Positions 19,632 through 28,819 of a stretch of DNA of 64,000 bases are shown piece by piece; position 1 is the first letter of the stretch, and the number at the start of each line of letters is the position of its first letter. The stretch is from an uncultured Leptospiraceae bacterium (GTDB lineage Bacteria; Spirochaetota; UBA4802; UB4802), in assembly GCA_964486725.1 (NCBI GenBank), contig CAZAOK010000002.1, forward strand, positions 7,250-71,249. Reading direction: 5' to 3'. Under the pieces are notes generated by a model, which made no database searches, had not been told where the DNA came from, and worked only from the letters and a program-made list of their open reading frames with translations. The position numbers and the translations under genes were made by a program.

Positions 19632-20289
19632 TTTCCCCGGTTGTATCAGTGCCATAATCTTCAGTGGGGGTTGCAACCTTCGGTGCCGCTATTGTCACAA
19701 TCCTGATCTGGCATGTAATTCGTGCGGCCTCCAGGGATATAGTAACGATGAAGCTCTCTCTTTTATCATGAGTAGAATACACCTGATAGACGCGGTTGTT
19801 CTATCCGGTGGAGAACCAACCCTCTCTCCTCGAATAAAAGAATTCACCCGTATACTGAAAAACCTCGGCCTTAAGGTAAAACTTGATACAAACGGGTTTA
19901 ACCCTGGTATAGTGGAGGACCTGCTACTTGAGGGATTACTTGATTATATTGCCATGGACATCAAAACCTCGCCGGGAAAATACCACCTGCTCACTGGCAA
20001 TGAAAGTCCTTTCGACACTATAATCCACACCCTTGATATTCTGCGTCATTCAGGTATCCTTTATGAGCTACGAACAACCTGTATACCTGAATACGTTACC
20101 ATGGATGACCTGTTTGCCATTCGGGACAAGGTTGAACATGTTGACGCATATTTTTTGCAGCAATTCGTGAATACCACTACGCTGGATGCCGCATTTCATA
20201 CAATTCAGCCATATCCACCGGAAACGCTGATTTCTTTTCGACAATTCGTTTCCACTTTCGCTAATACATGTGAAGTCAGGGGTATTTAG
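19576..20289 (+). CDS. nrdG: Anaerobic RNR activating enzyme (radical SAM)
   Basis: It has GGCNLRCRYCHN (CX3CX2C) and the NrdG-like N-terminus IDFPG. The start is uncertain (possibly GTG 19594) and overlaps the small ORF. Confidence 0.8.
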   Translation: MRRHAPVNIKGIHKTSLIDFPGCISAIIFSGGCNLRCRYCHNPDLACNSCGLQGYSNDEALSFIMSRIHLIDAVVLSGGEPTLSPRIKEFTRILKNLGLKVKLDTNGFNPGIVEDLLLEGLLDYIAMDIKTSPGKYHLLTGNESPFDTIIHTLDILRHSGILYELRTTCIPEYVTMDDLFAIRDKVEHVDAYFLQQFVNTTTLDAAFHTIQPYPPETLISFRQFVSTFANTCEVRGI

Positions 20290-23168
20290 TTTTCTCCCAC
20301 AATCATCCACTCAACAGTATCACCCGCAAGCACAATGGTTTCAGCCCCGTCCACATCCTGGTGCAACACACCTGCATCGTGACCATGATTTGAAAAATCA
20401 AGCCACACAGAATCATTATTATTCAACGGCACATACAGCATTACTCTTTCAATTCTTCCGTAATTCGCGCTTTTTCCATAAAATGATTCACTTCCTCTTT
20501 TCATTGTAAATGCCAGGTAGGATTTTACCCCCTTCCCCTCAAGCATATATTTTGCAAGTACCGCCTTTTCCGCAACGGTACCTTTTCCCGAGCTTAGCAC
20601 ATCAACAGACCTTCTCACATTAAGTATGTCTCCATTTTTAAGTGAAATGTTTCTCTGAACCCTGTTGTAAACATTGCGGATTAATGATCTAACATCTTTA
20701 TTACCGGGGAAAAGAATATTGGCCATGTGAAATTCTTCACCACTCTTCTTTACTATACCCTTGAACACAACTCCAAAATCCTGCCATGTCTGGCAATTAG
20801 TAAAGTTTATTTTTGCGTCATTGCTTTTTTTAAATTCAGCTTCAAATAATTTATACTCACCCCTGGCGAAATCCCTTGTGTTCAAAGCTCCCTCTACTGT
20901 AACATCCAGATGCATATCTTGCGGATACATTATGCTTACATTTACTGCATCCACCGGGTAGGGCGAATTTGCTATAGGCACTCTTTTTAATGTTACAAAC
21001 CTGTCTCCCAATCTGTCATCCAGTGCGTTATACACATCAAATGTACAAGATATAAGAGTATCCGGTTTGATACCTGAAAATGATATTACCGTTCTTTCAT
21101 CATCATGGGTAATCTCTGGCAATATACTGTATGATACTCCATTTTTTGTGGCTTTCAGCTTCCTGATTATCGTATCGCCACTAAACGGAACCTGTATAAC
21201 TGTCCTCTCCTGATAATCACTGGCAGTGCCTGTATACAGAAGGTCATGACATTTCACCTCGCAATACCCTGAACCAGTTATCCGGAATTCTCTATTCATT
21301 GATATATATTTTGTATGCTTTGTTTTATTATTCACTATCGGAATTGATTCACCATCTTCACTGCCCTTTCCACTGATTGCACGATAGAAGGAGTACCTTT
21401 TTCTGAACCAGTACCATTCAGGTTTTTCCTGGATAAGTTTATCCCAGTATAAATCAGTGTCCTCTCCCAGTATTATTTCCATCATGCCAAGATAGTACAA
21501 ACCCATCATGTTATTTCTTTTTACTATCTCATTCATCAAAAATGTCCTGCATGCAGCATATTTTTCTAATGCCATGTATCCATGAAACAACCTCTCCATG
21601 TACATCCATTCATTTCCAAATTTTTCTGCCACTTTAATCATTTCAGCATACTTTTGCCGCGCTGATAACACATCAATCATTATGCTTTCTGCATCATCGC
21701 AATACTTTTCTGAAAGGATATTCCTGCATATGTTCTCACATCTTTCAGGATCGCGAAATCGCAGAAATTCAGCTTCCATCAATTTGCCATTTCCGTAATG
21801 TGGAAACTGTTTCTTAACCAGCGAAAGAAATCGCGTGATAAGGTCAATCCGTCCAGCAGCGGTACACCATCGAACCAGAGGTTCATAAAGTGGGAAATAA
21901 GCCGGTGCTTCAGACGCAATATTCACACCCTCACGTATCGCTTTTTTATTTTCCCCTGAGACAGCCAGCAATCGGGCGTATTGAAAACGAAAAGGTATGC
22001 AGGCACTCTTTGACGCTGCGGATGCTGTAATGAAATCTGAAGCAAGTTTCAATTCAGCCGAGTCTTCGTTGTTACTACTATTGTTCAAAAGTACAGCAAT
22101 AAGCCTTGCCCTGTCATAATCCCTTGTACTCTTCATAAATGCTTCCCGGTAATACTGATAGGATTCCATGCTTTTTAGATTCTCATAATACATACCCATC
22201 CGTCTCAAACCATATTCATTTTTTTGCTGTATGTCACGGGAAATAGTGCCAAAAGGATAATCCATTGATTCCATGTACTCCACCGTTGATGTAAATAAAT
22301 CATTGGTATATTGTACAGGAATCATCATATCCCTGTGATCTGTTACAAGAACCCTGAAATACCTGTCATGCCTGTTTCGCATTTTCAGCATAATGGTAAT
22401 ACCCTTTTGAGCATTTACCTGAACAATTCTGCATGTACGCAGAACTGACGCTTTAGTGTTTTCAACAACCATCTTCCCGTTAATTTTTAAAACGTATTCA
22501 CTATTGGAATACACCCGTATTTTTACATTACCTTTGGCGGGAAAAGATGATGACGCGAAAATGATGCCTCCATCTTCAGCAATGACTTCATCTATCCCCA
22601 CCAATCCCATTGACTGCCCCGCATTTATTTTTTTTCCATTTTCGACAAGTGATGCCATGGAACCGCTGATCTCGGGTACAAAGGTGTGCCACAGGTCACT
22701 ATACCCATACCTGTAGTATGGACCGTTAATTATCCATTTTATTACCGGGTTGATACATGATGGTTGCCCACTGTTTGAAGCAATCAAATGACGGCGTATT
22801 GATTCGATTTCAAGATCAAGGTGGAGAAGCATCTGGTTTCTGTATTCAAGGGATTTATCCGAGTACACTTTCTTTCGTGTTGCCGCAAGCAAAGACAGAA
22901 CTTTTTCGTGACCAAAAACTCTGGAAAGTGTCCCGGCCTGTTTCAAGTATACCCAGGCCCCTGGTTGGGCAAAATATTTTTCGAGAATAGTTTCAAGCGC
23001 CGTGAAGTGTTCCCTCATATCACCCTTACACGCGTGTGCTATCATTTTTTTTTCAGCTTGATGAAACCCCGGTTTAGATAAGACCGCACTCGCAGGGTAA
23101 AAAACAATTATCACCGCACATACCAGTATGGATACTTGCCATCTTTTGTTTTTCAAAATAAATGTCAC
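20286..23168 (-). CDS. Large secreted TPR-like protein with a jelly-roll (galactose-binding-like) domain
   Basis: There is a signal peptide and helical repeats. The segment YVLKINGKMVVENTKASVLRTCRIVQVNAQKGITIMLKM is shared in pattern with the downstream paralog. Confidence 0.5.
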   Translation of the reverse strand: MTFILKNKRWQVSILVCAVIIVFYPASAVLSKPGFHQAEKKMIAHACKGDMREHFTALETILEKYFAQPGAWVYLKQAGTLSRVFGHEKVLSLLAATRKKVYSDKSLEYRNQMLLHLDLEIESIRRHLIASNSGQPSCINPVIKWIINGPYYRYGYSDLWHTFVPEISGSMASLVENGKKINAGQSMGLVGIDEVIAEDGGIIFASSSFPAKGNVKIRVYSNSEYVLKINGKMVVENTKASVLRTCRIVQVNAQKGITIMLKMRNRHDRYFRVLVTDHRDMMIPVQYTNDLFTSTVEYMESMDYPFGTISRDIQQKNEYGLRRMGMYYENLKSMESYQYYREAFMKSTRDYDRARLIAVLLNNSSNNEDSAELKLASDFITASAASKSACIPFRFQYARLLAVSGENKKAIREGVNIASEAPAYFPLYEPLVRWCTAAGRIDLITRFLSLVKKQFPHYGNGKLMEAEFLRFRDPERCENICRNILSEKYCDDAESIMIDVLSARQKYAEMIKVAEKFGNEWMYMERLFHGYMALEKYAACRTFLMNEIVKRNNMMGLYYLGMMEIILGEDTDLYWDKLIQEKPEWYWFRKRYSFYRAISGKGSEDGESIPIVNNKTKHTKYISMNREFRITGSGYCEVKCHDLLYTGTASDYQERTVIQVPFSGDTIIRKLKATKNGVSYSILPEITHDDERTVISFSGIKPDTLISCTFDVYNALDDRLGDRFVTLKRVPIANSPYPVDAVNVSIMYPQDMHLDVTVEGALNTRDFARGEYKLFEAEFKKSNDAKINFTNCQTWQDFGVVFKGIVKKSGEEFHMANILFPGNKDVRSLIRNVYNRVQRNISLKNGDILNVRRSVDVLSSGKGTVAEKAVLAKYMLEGKGVKSYLAFTMKRGSESFYGKSANYGRIERVMLYVPLNNNDSVWLDFSNHGHDAGVLHQDVDGAETIVLAGDTVEWMIVGEN

Positions 23169-24871
23169 TTTACATCTCTCAAGTAACGCTCAGCTTTTTC
23201 CTCATGTCCCAGCATGCCCAGCACTATGCCCAGGTGATGTCGAACATCTTCGTTCCATGGTGATTTTTTTCTTGCGGCAAGAATCGTCCCAAGGGCCATG
23301 GTCAACCTGTGGGAATCCCTGTAGAGGATGCAAAGCTCCACATACAGGTCAATGGAATGAGGAAAACACCTGATCCCCCGCACCAGCAAAGACTCTGCCT
23401 CCCCCAACAAACCCGCTTTCTTCTGCGCTGCCGCACAACTCAATATGTATTCAGGCTTGAACCCACCAGCCCTGATAAATCTCATGAATGCTCGTGATGA
23501 GTCCCGGTTTTTATTCATGTCGGCGTATATCTTTCCACTCAGGTAATGTACATCATTGCACAGTAACTCCTCTTCTATTACCAAAAGTTCATTTATAGCA
23601 GCATAATATAATTCAGCATCATAATACAGCCATGCTTTTGTCATAACTGCATATGGTGTGCTGCCAGAAAAGTTCATTGGATCTGCGCCATCCATTAAGA
23701 CTACACCCATACCGTATTGCAAAGCTCTTGTAGTAAATGCCAGCTGCCCCTCAGGCATACCCATGCGAGCCGCCTCATACAATGACTGTAATCGGGTCCC
23801 CTGTGTATTCTTAGAATTGCCGGTGTAAAAATGGCACAGGGCCGGAGCTATCCCACTTCTTGCCGAGTGTGCTAAGATAATTTCCATCTTACTATCATGA
23901 AATCCATAACGATAATGGCAATAACCGGTATAAAATTTTGCCCGGGCCGATACATTCCCATCATCACCTGCCACAATAGCAGGATGCCGCATTTCATTTC
24001 CTGTATCGTTGGGTAATGACACTCCATATTTACTATACTCATTACCCATATTCGAAGCAGTGGCTGAAAGGATACGCATGGAGAAGCTGCAGGTACCCTG
24101 GTATGAAGAATACATTTTTACTCTCAATAAATTATCACCTTTATTGAGTGACACGGGAATTATGTGCTGATCTTCGCAGAATTCATGCCGGCTCTTGTCA
24201 TGAAATATCATTTTTCCATTAACATGTACAATCATCCTTCCCGTTGAACCGGTTCCGAGATACACCTTTTTATCTTTTTCCGCGTATATAGTGGACTTGA
24301 TTTCATACCCATTGTCACCTTTTCTCCCATTTAGTGATCCAAGATCAACGAGACCCGCGGGATCAGCCTTAAGTGGCGTCCATGCATCCCGGTTAGATTC
24401 TTTAAACTTGTAATAGATAATGGTATTCGCATCACGGCATATTGATGCGGCTTTCTCCGGCTCACCAGAAGAAATAAGCAGTCTTTTTTGCAGGTGCATT
24501 GCCCTCCCCGAAAGAAGGGATGAGCCCCGGATCACATCATTTTTTTCTACAGCCCGGTTCAGCTCTTCAAGACAGGAATCGATTAATGAATAATGACGGG
24601 TACATTCATAGACTCGCCAAAGCGCCACCTCCATAACCAGAGCATGCCCTATCCGGGGAATCCATTGACGTAAAATCTCCAGTTCCCCCTTCACGTCCCC
24701 CCTGATACGTGCTGCCACGTACCTTTTCTCGAATGATTTATCCCTGTCAACTGATCCTGCCGCACCAGTACATACGGTACCGTATTTTCCAGGCAAAACA
24801 CCTGGCAATACAAAACAAAACAGCGAGAGCAGGGCAGCAATATGGTAGTATTTACTTATTCCCTTTTTCAA
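23165..24871 (-). CDS. Secreted TPR-like protein, paralogous to the upstream 960-aa protein
   Basis: MIVHVNGKMIFHDKSRHEFCEDQHIIPVSLNKGDNLLRVKM parallels the jelly-roll segment of 20286..23168. There are C-terminal TPR-like helices. A 4-nt overlap with the neighbouring gene suggests an operon. Confidence 0.5.
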   Translation of the reverse strand: MKKGISKYYHIAALLSLFCFVLPGVLPGKYGTVCTGAAGSVDRDKSFEKRYVAARIRGDVKGELEILRQWIPRIGHALVMEVALWRVYECTRHYSLIDSCLEELNRAVEKNDVIRGSSLLSGRAMHLQKRLLISSGEPEKAASICRDANTIIYYKFKESNRDAWTPLKADPAGLVDLGSLNGRKGDNGYEIKSTIYAEKDKKVYLGTGSTGRMIVHVNGKMIFHDKSRHEFCEDQHIIPVSLNKGDNLLRVKMYSSYQGTCSFSMRILSATASNMGNEYSKYGVSLPNDTGNEMRHPAIVAGDDGNVSARAKFYTGYCHYRYGFHDSKMEIILAHSARSGIAPALCHFYTGNSKNTQGTRLQSLYEAARMGMPEGQLAFTTRALQYGMGVVLMDGADPMNFSGSTPYAVMTKAWLYYDAELYYAAINELLVIEEELLCNDVHYLSGKIYADMNKNRDSSRAFMRFIRAGGFKPEYILSCAAAQKKAGLLGEAESLLVRGIRCFPHSIDLYVELCILYRDSHRLTMALGTILAARKKSPWNEDVRHHLGIVLGMLGHEEKAERYLRDVK

Positions 24872-25706
24872 TGATCTTCATTCCTTTTTTCAGCACCCCC
24901 GCTGCTTTTTCCTTTTCCCCCCGCGAGAGGAGCATATTTGAATAATCAAGGTAGGCGGGATGAAAGTAGGGATATTCACTAATGCATCTCTCATAATAAA
25001 TTGACGCGTCTGCGTATTCTTCGATACGCTCTTTCAAAAGGGCAAGTTTGTACAATGGTACGGGATTTCCGCTACCGGTATTCACCGCCTTAACGTAAAA
25101 TAGTTCGGCCTTTTTATAATCTTCTTTATCACTATAGATGTTTCCCAATTCAACCAGGGGGTATATACTTTCAGGGAAGCGATCATGCATAACAGTAAGA
25201 ACCATTATTTCATCATCCTGCCGTTCACCAACCCTGTAAAGTATGTGCAGATTATAATAGGTGGTAATGACAGAAGACCCCTCCTCCACCAATGCCTGGA
25301 ATAACTGCTCCGATTCTCTGTACATTCCCATCTGGGATAGGGCACAGGCCTTGTTGGTTAGTGACAGCATTCTTTCCTTTTTATTACTGGAGGCGATAGA
25401 CTCATATTGCTGTATGGCCCGCCTGAGATGTCCATCCGTGGTATCTTGCAAATGATAATAGCGGGCCAATACCCACCTGTTTTTTACTGACATATGCTGT
25501 TGATCTTCTGACAATAATTTGTCGGTACTATCAGGCAACCCGGCGGGGTAACGCAGTATAAAGGGTATCTGCCCCGCCCCATCAAGGCGATACTCACCGG
25601 GCGTATCCTTAACGCTCCCCCCCGCACATGCGATACACATGCAGCATAACAAAAGAGAACACCCGGTTACAAATTTTTTCTTTGACCTTTTATAGTATGC
25701 CGTCAT
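24852..25706 (-). CDS. TPR-repeat lipoprotein
   Basis: The lipobox is CIACAGG. It contains several TPR-like units (YYNLHILYRVGERQ, AELFYVKAVNTG). Confidence 0.55.
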   Translation of the reverse strand: MTAYYKRSKKKFVTGCSLLLCCMCIACAGGSVKDTPGEYRLDGAGQIPFILRYPAGLPDSTDKLLSEDQQHMSVKNRWVLARYYHLQDTTDGHLRRAIQQYESIASSNKKERMLSLTNKACALSQMGMYRESEQLFQALVEEGSSVITTYYNLHILYRVGERQDDEIMVLTVMHDRFPESIYPLVELGNIYSDKEDYKKAELFYVKAVNTGSGNPVPLYKLALLKERIEEYADASIYYERCISEYPYFHPAYLDYSNMLLSRGEKEKAAGVLKKGMKIIEKGNK

Positions 25707-25707
25707 A

Positions 25708-26733
25708 ATGTTCTACCGTATATACCTTTATAATAATGAGAAGGGAATTTTCTACAAGAAAAAAATGAAACTATCTACACTGACACTATTCCGCACTATA
25801 GTGGTGCTGCTGGCTGTAATTACCTTTGCAGCTCTCATGGATTATCCACATGTAGTTTCCACTACAGTAAAAGAATATGACCTTGATAACCCCATGTATG
25901 ATGTATTCTACCTGTATTACGATGATCAGCGAAGAGAGGCACTGTCAATCCTTGAAAAAGCGATGAACAAAAAAGAATACCGGGAATCTGCTTTTATCAA
26001 CAGGGGGCTTATTGCCCATTACGAGGGGTCGAAATCCAGCGCCATCAACTGGTATCAAAAATCCCTGTCAAGTGGGATCAGGGGAACCACGTATATTCTC
26101 CATTATACCGCGAACACTGATCCGGGTACATACAACAGTGTGCTTTCCCGGCTTGAAAAAATTGACAACTCATACTGGATCGATTACGAACGGGCAGCCG
26201 TATACGCGAAAAAGGGAGACAGCGCCGTTGCACTGCATCACCTGGAAAAAGCATTCAGAAAAGGTTTTCACCAGTTTGCCCTCATCAGCCATGATCCTGC
26301 CTGGAGAAGGCTGAGAAACTCAAACGCATACAAAAAATTAAAAGATCCCTACAAAGCAAAAGGCGTAACCGTTGGTGAAACAAATGCTTTAATTAACACA
26401 ACCCTTGCCCTGGCCCGGTCAAAAACCTTTGGCTTATCTCCTGAACTTGCGATTGCCCATGAGATGTTGATTACAGGTACAGCAAGTAAATCACTTCCAT
26501 ACCTGCAAAAGGTGATAGCTACTTCATCAAATTCCCGTCATGTATTCATCGCAAGATACTGGAGGGCCCGTTTATTCGCTAAATCAGGCAAAAAGAATGC
26601 GGCAAAAATTGAAATATCAAAATGCAGAACTATACTGAAAGAAGCTAAGAGCAATTCATCATTATCAGAATTAATTCCGCTGACACTTTTTCAAGATATC
26701 ATTGAGAATGACCCGGTTTTGAAAAAACTATAA
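25708..26733 (+). CDS. TPR-repeat protein with an N-terminal TM or signal anchor
   Basis: The true start is probably MKLSTLTLF at 25765. It has TPR-like units (AINWYQKSL, AAVYAKKGDSAVALHHLEKAF). Confidence 0.5.
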   Translation: MFYRIYLYNNEKGIFYKKKMKLSTLTLFRTIVVLLAVITFAALMDYPHVVSTTVKEYDLDNPMYDVFYLYYDDQRREALSILEKAMNKKEYRESAFINRGLIAHYEGSKSSAINWYQKSLSSGIRGTTYILHYTANTDPGTYNSVLSRLEKIDNSYWIDYERAAVYAKKGDSAVALHHLEKAFRKGFHQFALISHDPAWRRLRNSNAYKKLKDPYKAKGVTVGETNALINTTLALARSKTFGLSPELAIAHEMLITGTASKSLPYLQKVIATSSNSRHVFIARYWRARLFAKSGKKNAAKIEISKCRTILKEAKSNSSLSELIPLTLFQDIIENDPVLKKL

Positions 26734-26736
26734 GCA

Positions 26737-28095
26737 CTATTTTCCTATGCAAAACCTTGAAAATATTGAATTCAACACATCATCAGGGGTGATCTCCCCG
26801 GTGATTGCCGACATGTAGTCAATCATTGATTGTAGTTCAAAAGCAGCTATTTCGGGAGGTTCTTTTTCTTGAAACAGTTTTTTCAGGTTATCAGACGTCT
26901 GAAGGGCCTTCTGCAACAACGACAGCATTCTGAAATCAGCCAGGAAGGAATTTTTATGATGTACGAAATCACGCTGCACCACGCTGACAATCTTTTTCTC
27001 CAAAACATCAAGCCCGTCCCCTTTCAGTGCAGAAAAGGGAATAACTTCCTCACCCACCACCGCAGCCATGGACTGGTATGAACCATCATTTGCCCTGTCC
27101 ATTTTGTTTATAATAAATATGCGTGTCTTCTCTCTGGCCGCCTCAAGTATTCTCTCATCGGCATTTGTTATTCCGGTAACCGCGTCAAGTACTATCAAGA
27201 CAAGATCTGTCTGTTGCAGGTTCTTCAGGCTTAATTCAACTCCGATTTTTTCAATTTCACAGGATGAATCATTAATCCCGGCGGTATCAATTATATTAAG
27301 CTGCAACCCCCGAATTGATACTGATTCCCGAATGATATCCCTTGTGGTACCGGGGATATCTGATACTATTGCTCTTTCATTATTCAAAATGCAGTTTAAA
27401 AGACTCGATTTCCCAACATTCGGTTTCCCAACAATGGCGCAATCAATACCGTGACTGATAGTTTCACCAGTTTTACATCGCTGAAAAACATCCCCAATCA
27501 TTACAGCAATCCTGTCTATACGCCTTGCAGCTTCTTCATTACTCACGATTTCAACATCATCCTCAATAAAGTCTATCCCGCATTCAACATCAGCTTTCAA
27601 AAGAATAAGCTCTTCTCGTATCTTTGTTATCTTTTCTCGAAGAGATCCATGCATCTGCTGAACAGCAGATTCTATCTCCCACTCGCTTCGAGCGGTGATT
27701 ATATGATGAATTGCTTCAGCCTCGGTCAGGTCCATTTTCCCGTTCTGGAAAGCCCTGCGGGTAAACTCACCTGGTTCTGCCAGCCTGCATCCTCTGTCTG
27801 TCAGCATTGCAAGGATACGATTCACAATGAGAGGATTTCCGTGACATGAAATTTCCACCATTTCTTCCCCTGTATAGCTACCTGGTTTCTCATAACAGGT
27901 TACAATCACATCATCAACAGGAAGCTCATTCTGCCTGATAGTACCATATACCGCCCCGCGGTGTGCCAACCGGTGTGCAGCACTGAATATTTCAGAAACG
28001 ACCCTGATAGAATCAGGGCCGCTTATTCTTATTATGGCTATTGGTGAATGTACCGGGGGTGTAGCGGGGGCACAAATTGTTTCGTCACTCATCAT
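26737..28095 (-). CDS. mnmE: tRNA modification GTPase MnmE
   Basis: The G domain (GKPNVGKSSLLN, DTAG) and the C-terminal CIGK match MnmE. Confidence 0.9.
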   Translation of the reverse strand: MMSDETICAPATPPVHSPIAIIRISGPDSIRVVSEIFSAAHRLAHRGAVYGTIRQNELPVDDVIVTCYEKPGSYTGEEMVEISCHGNPLIVNRILAMLTDRGCRLAEPGEFTRRAFQNGKMDLTEAEAIHHIITARSEWEIESAVQQMHGSLREKITKIREELILLKADVECGIDFIEDDVEIVSNEEAARRIDRIAVMIGDVFQRCKTGETISHGIDCAIVGKPNVGKSSLLNCILNNERAIVSDIPGTTRDIIRESVSIRGLQLNIIDTAGINDSSCEIEKIGVELSLKNLQQTDLVLIVLDAVTGITNADERILEAAREKTRIFIINKMDRANDGSYQSMAAVVGEEVIPFSALKGDGLDVLEKKIVSVVQRDFVHHKNSFLADFRMLSLLQKALQTSDNLKKLFQEKEPPEIAAFELQSMIDYMSAITGEITPDDVLNSIFSRFCIGK

Positions 28096-28103
28096 ACAGT
28101 CTG

Positions 28104-28751
28104 TTACCTGCGATTGGAGGGCATGATTTTCACCTTTCGGTATATGCCCTGTCCTTCACTTTTTGTGATTACCCTTGAATCATTCTGAAGAGTGAGATGT
28201 ATTAACCTTCTTTCAAAAGGATTCATGGGTTCAAGTGTCCAGGGTTTTCCTGTTCGAATCACCTTTGTGGCAATTTCCCTGGAAAGCCGTTTTAACGCTC
28301 TCTCCCTCTTTGCTCTGTAGGATTCAATATCGAGAATGATTTTCTTTTCAGTTTCAGATGTCTTGTTCACCATGAGATTCACAATAAACTGCAAGGCCTC
28401 CAGGGTTTTACCTCTTTTTCCGATGATCAGTCCTGAATTTTTGCTTTCCAGTTCAACATATACCTTGCTTTCCCCTTCCTTTAAATCCCCGATACTTCCT
28501 TCTATGTTCATCATTTGTAACAGGGTATTAATTATCTCCCTGGTCACCTCTCCTACATCCATGGTGTTATCATTATAATACACACGTATTTTTGCCGGTC
28601 TTGACATACCGAATCCAAATATACCGCTTTTCCCTTCATCAATTATCTCGGTCTGTATCTTTTCAGGACTATCAATCTTCAGCTGTTGCAACGCTTTCCT
28701 GGTCGCATCTTCAATCGATTTCCCTTCTACATCTATTACTTTCATTTTCAC
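28104..28751 (-). CDS. khpB: Jag/KhpB RNA-binding protein (KH + R3H)
   Basis: It has a Jag_N-like start, a KH domain and a C-terminal R3H (ERRLIHLTLQNDSRVITKSEG). It follows yidC, which is the conserved arrangement. Confidence 0.8.
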   Translation of the reverse strand: MKMKVIDVEGKSIEDATRKALQQLKIDSPEKIQTEIIDEGKSGIFGFGMSRPAKIRVYYNDNTMDVGEVTREIINTLLQMMNIEGSIGDLKEGESKVYVELESKNSGLIIGKRGKTLEALQFIVNLMVNKTSETEKKIILDIESYRAKRERALKRLSREIATKVIRTGKPWTLEPMNPFERRLIHLTLQNDSRVITKSEGQGIYRKVKIMPSNRR

Positions 28752-28819
28752 GCCTCCTCATTACAATAGGAATATTGAATTATGTCGTAGCTGGTTTCTC
28801 ATAATCACACCTTTTTCTT

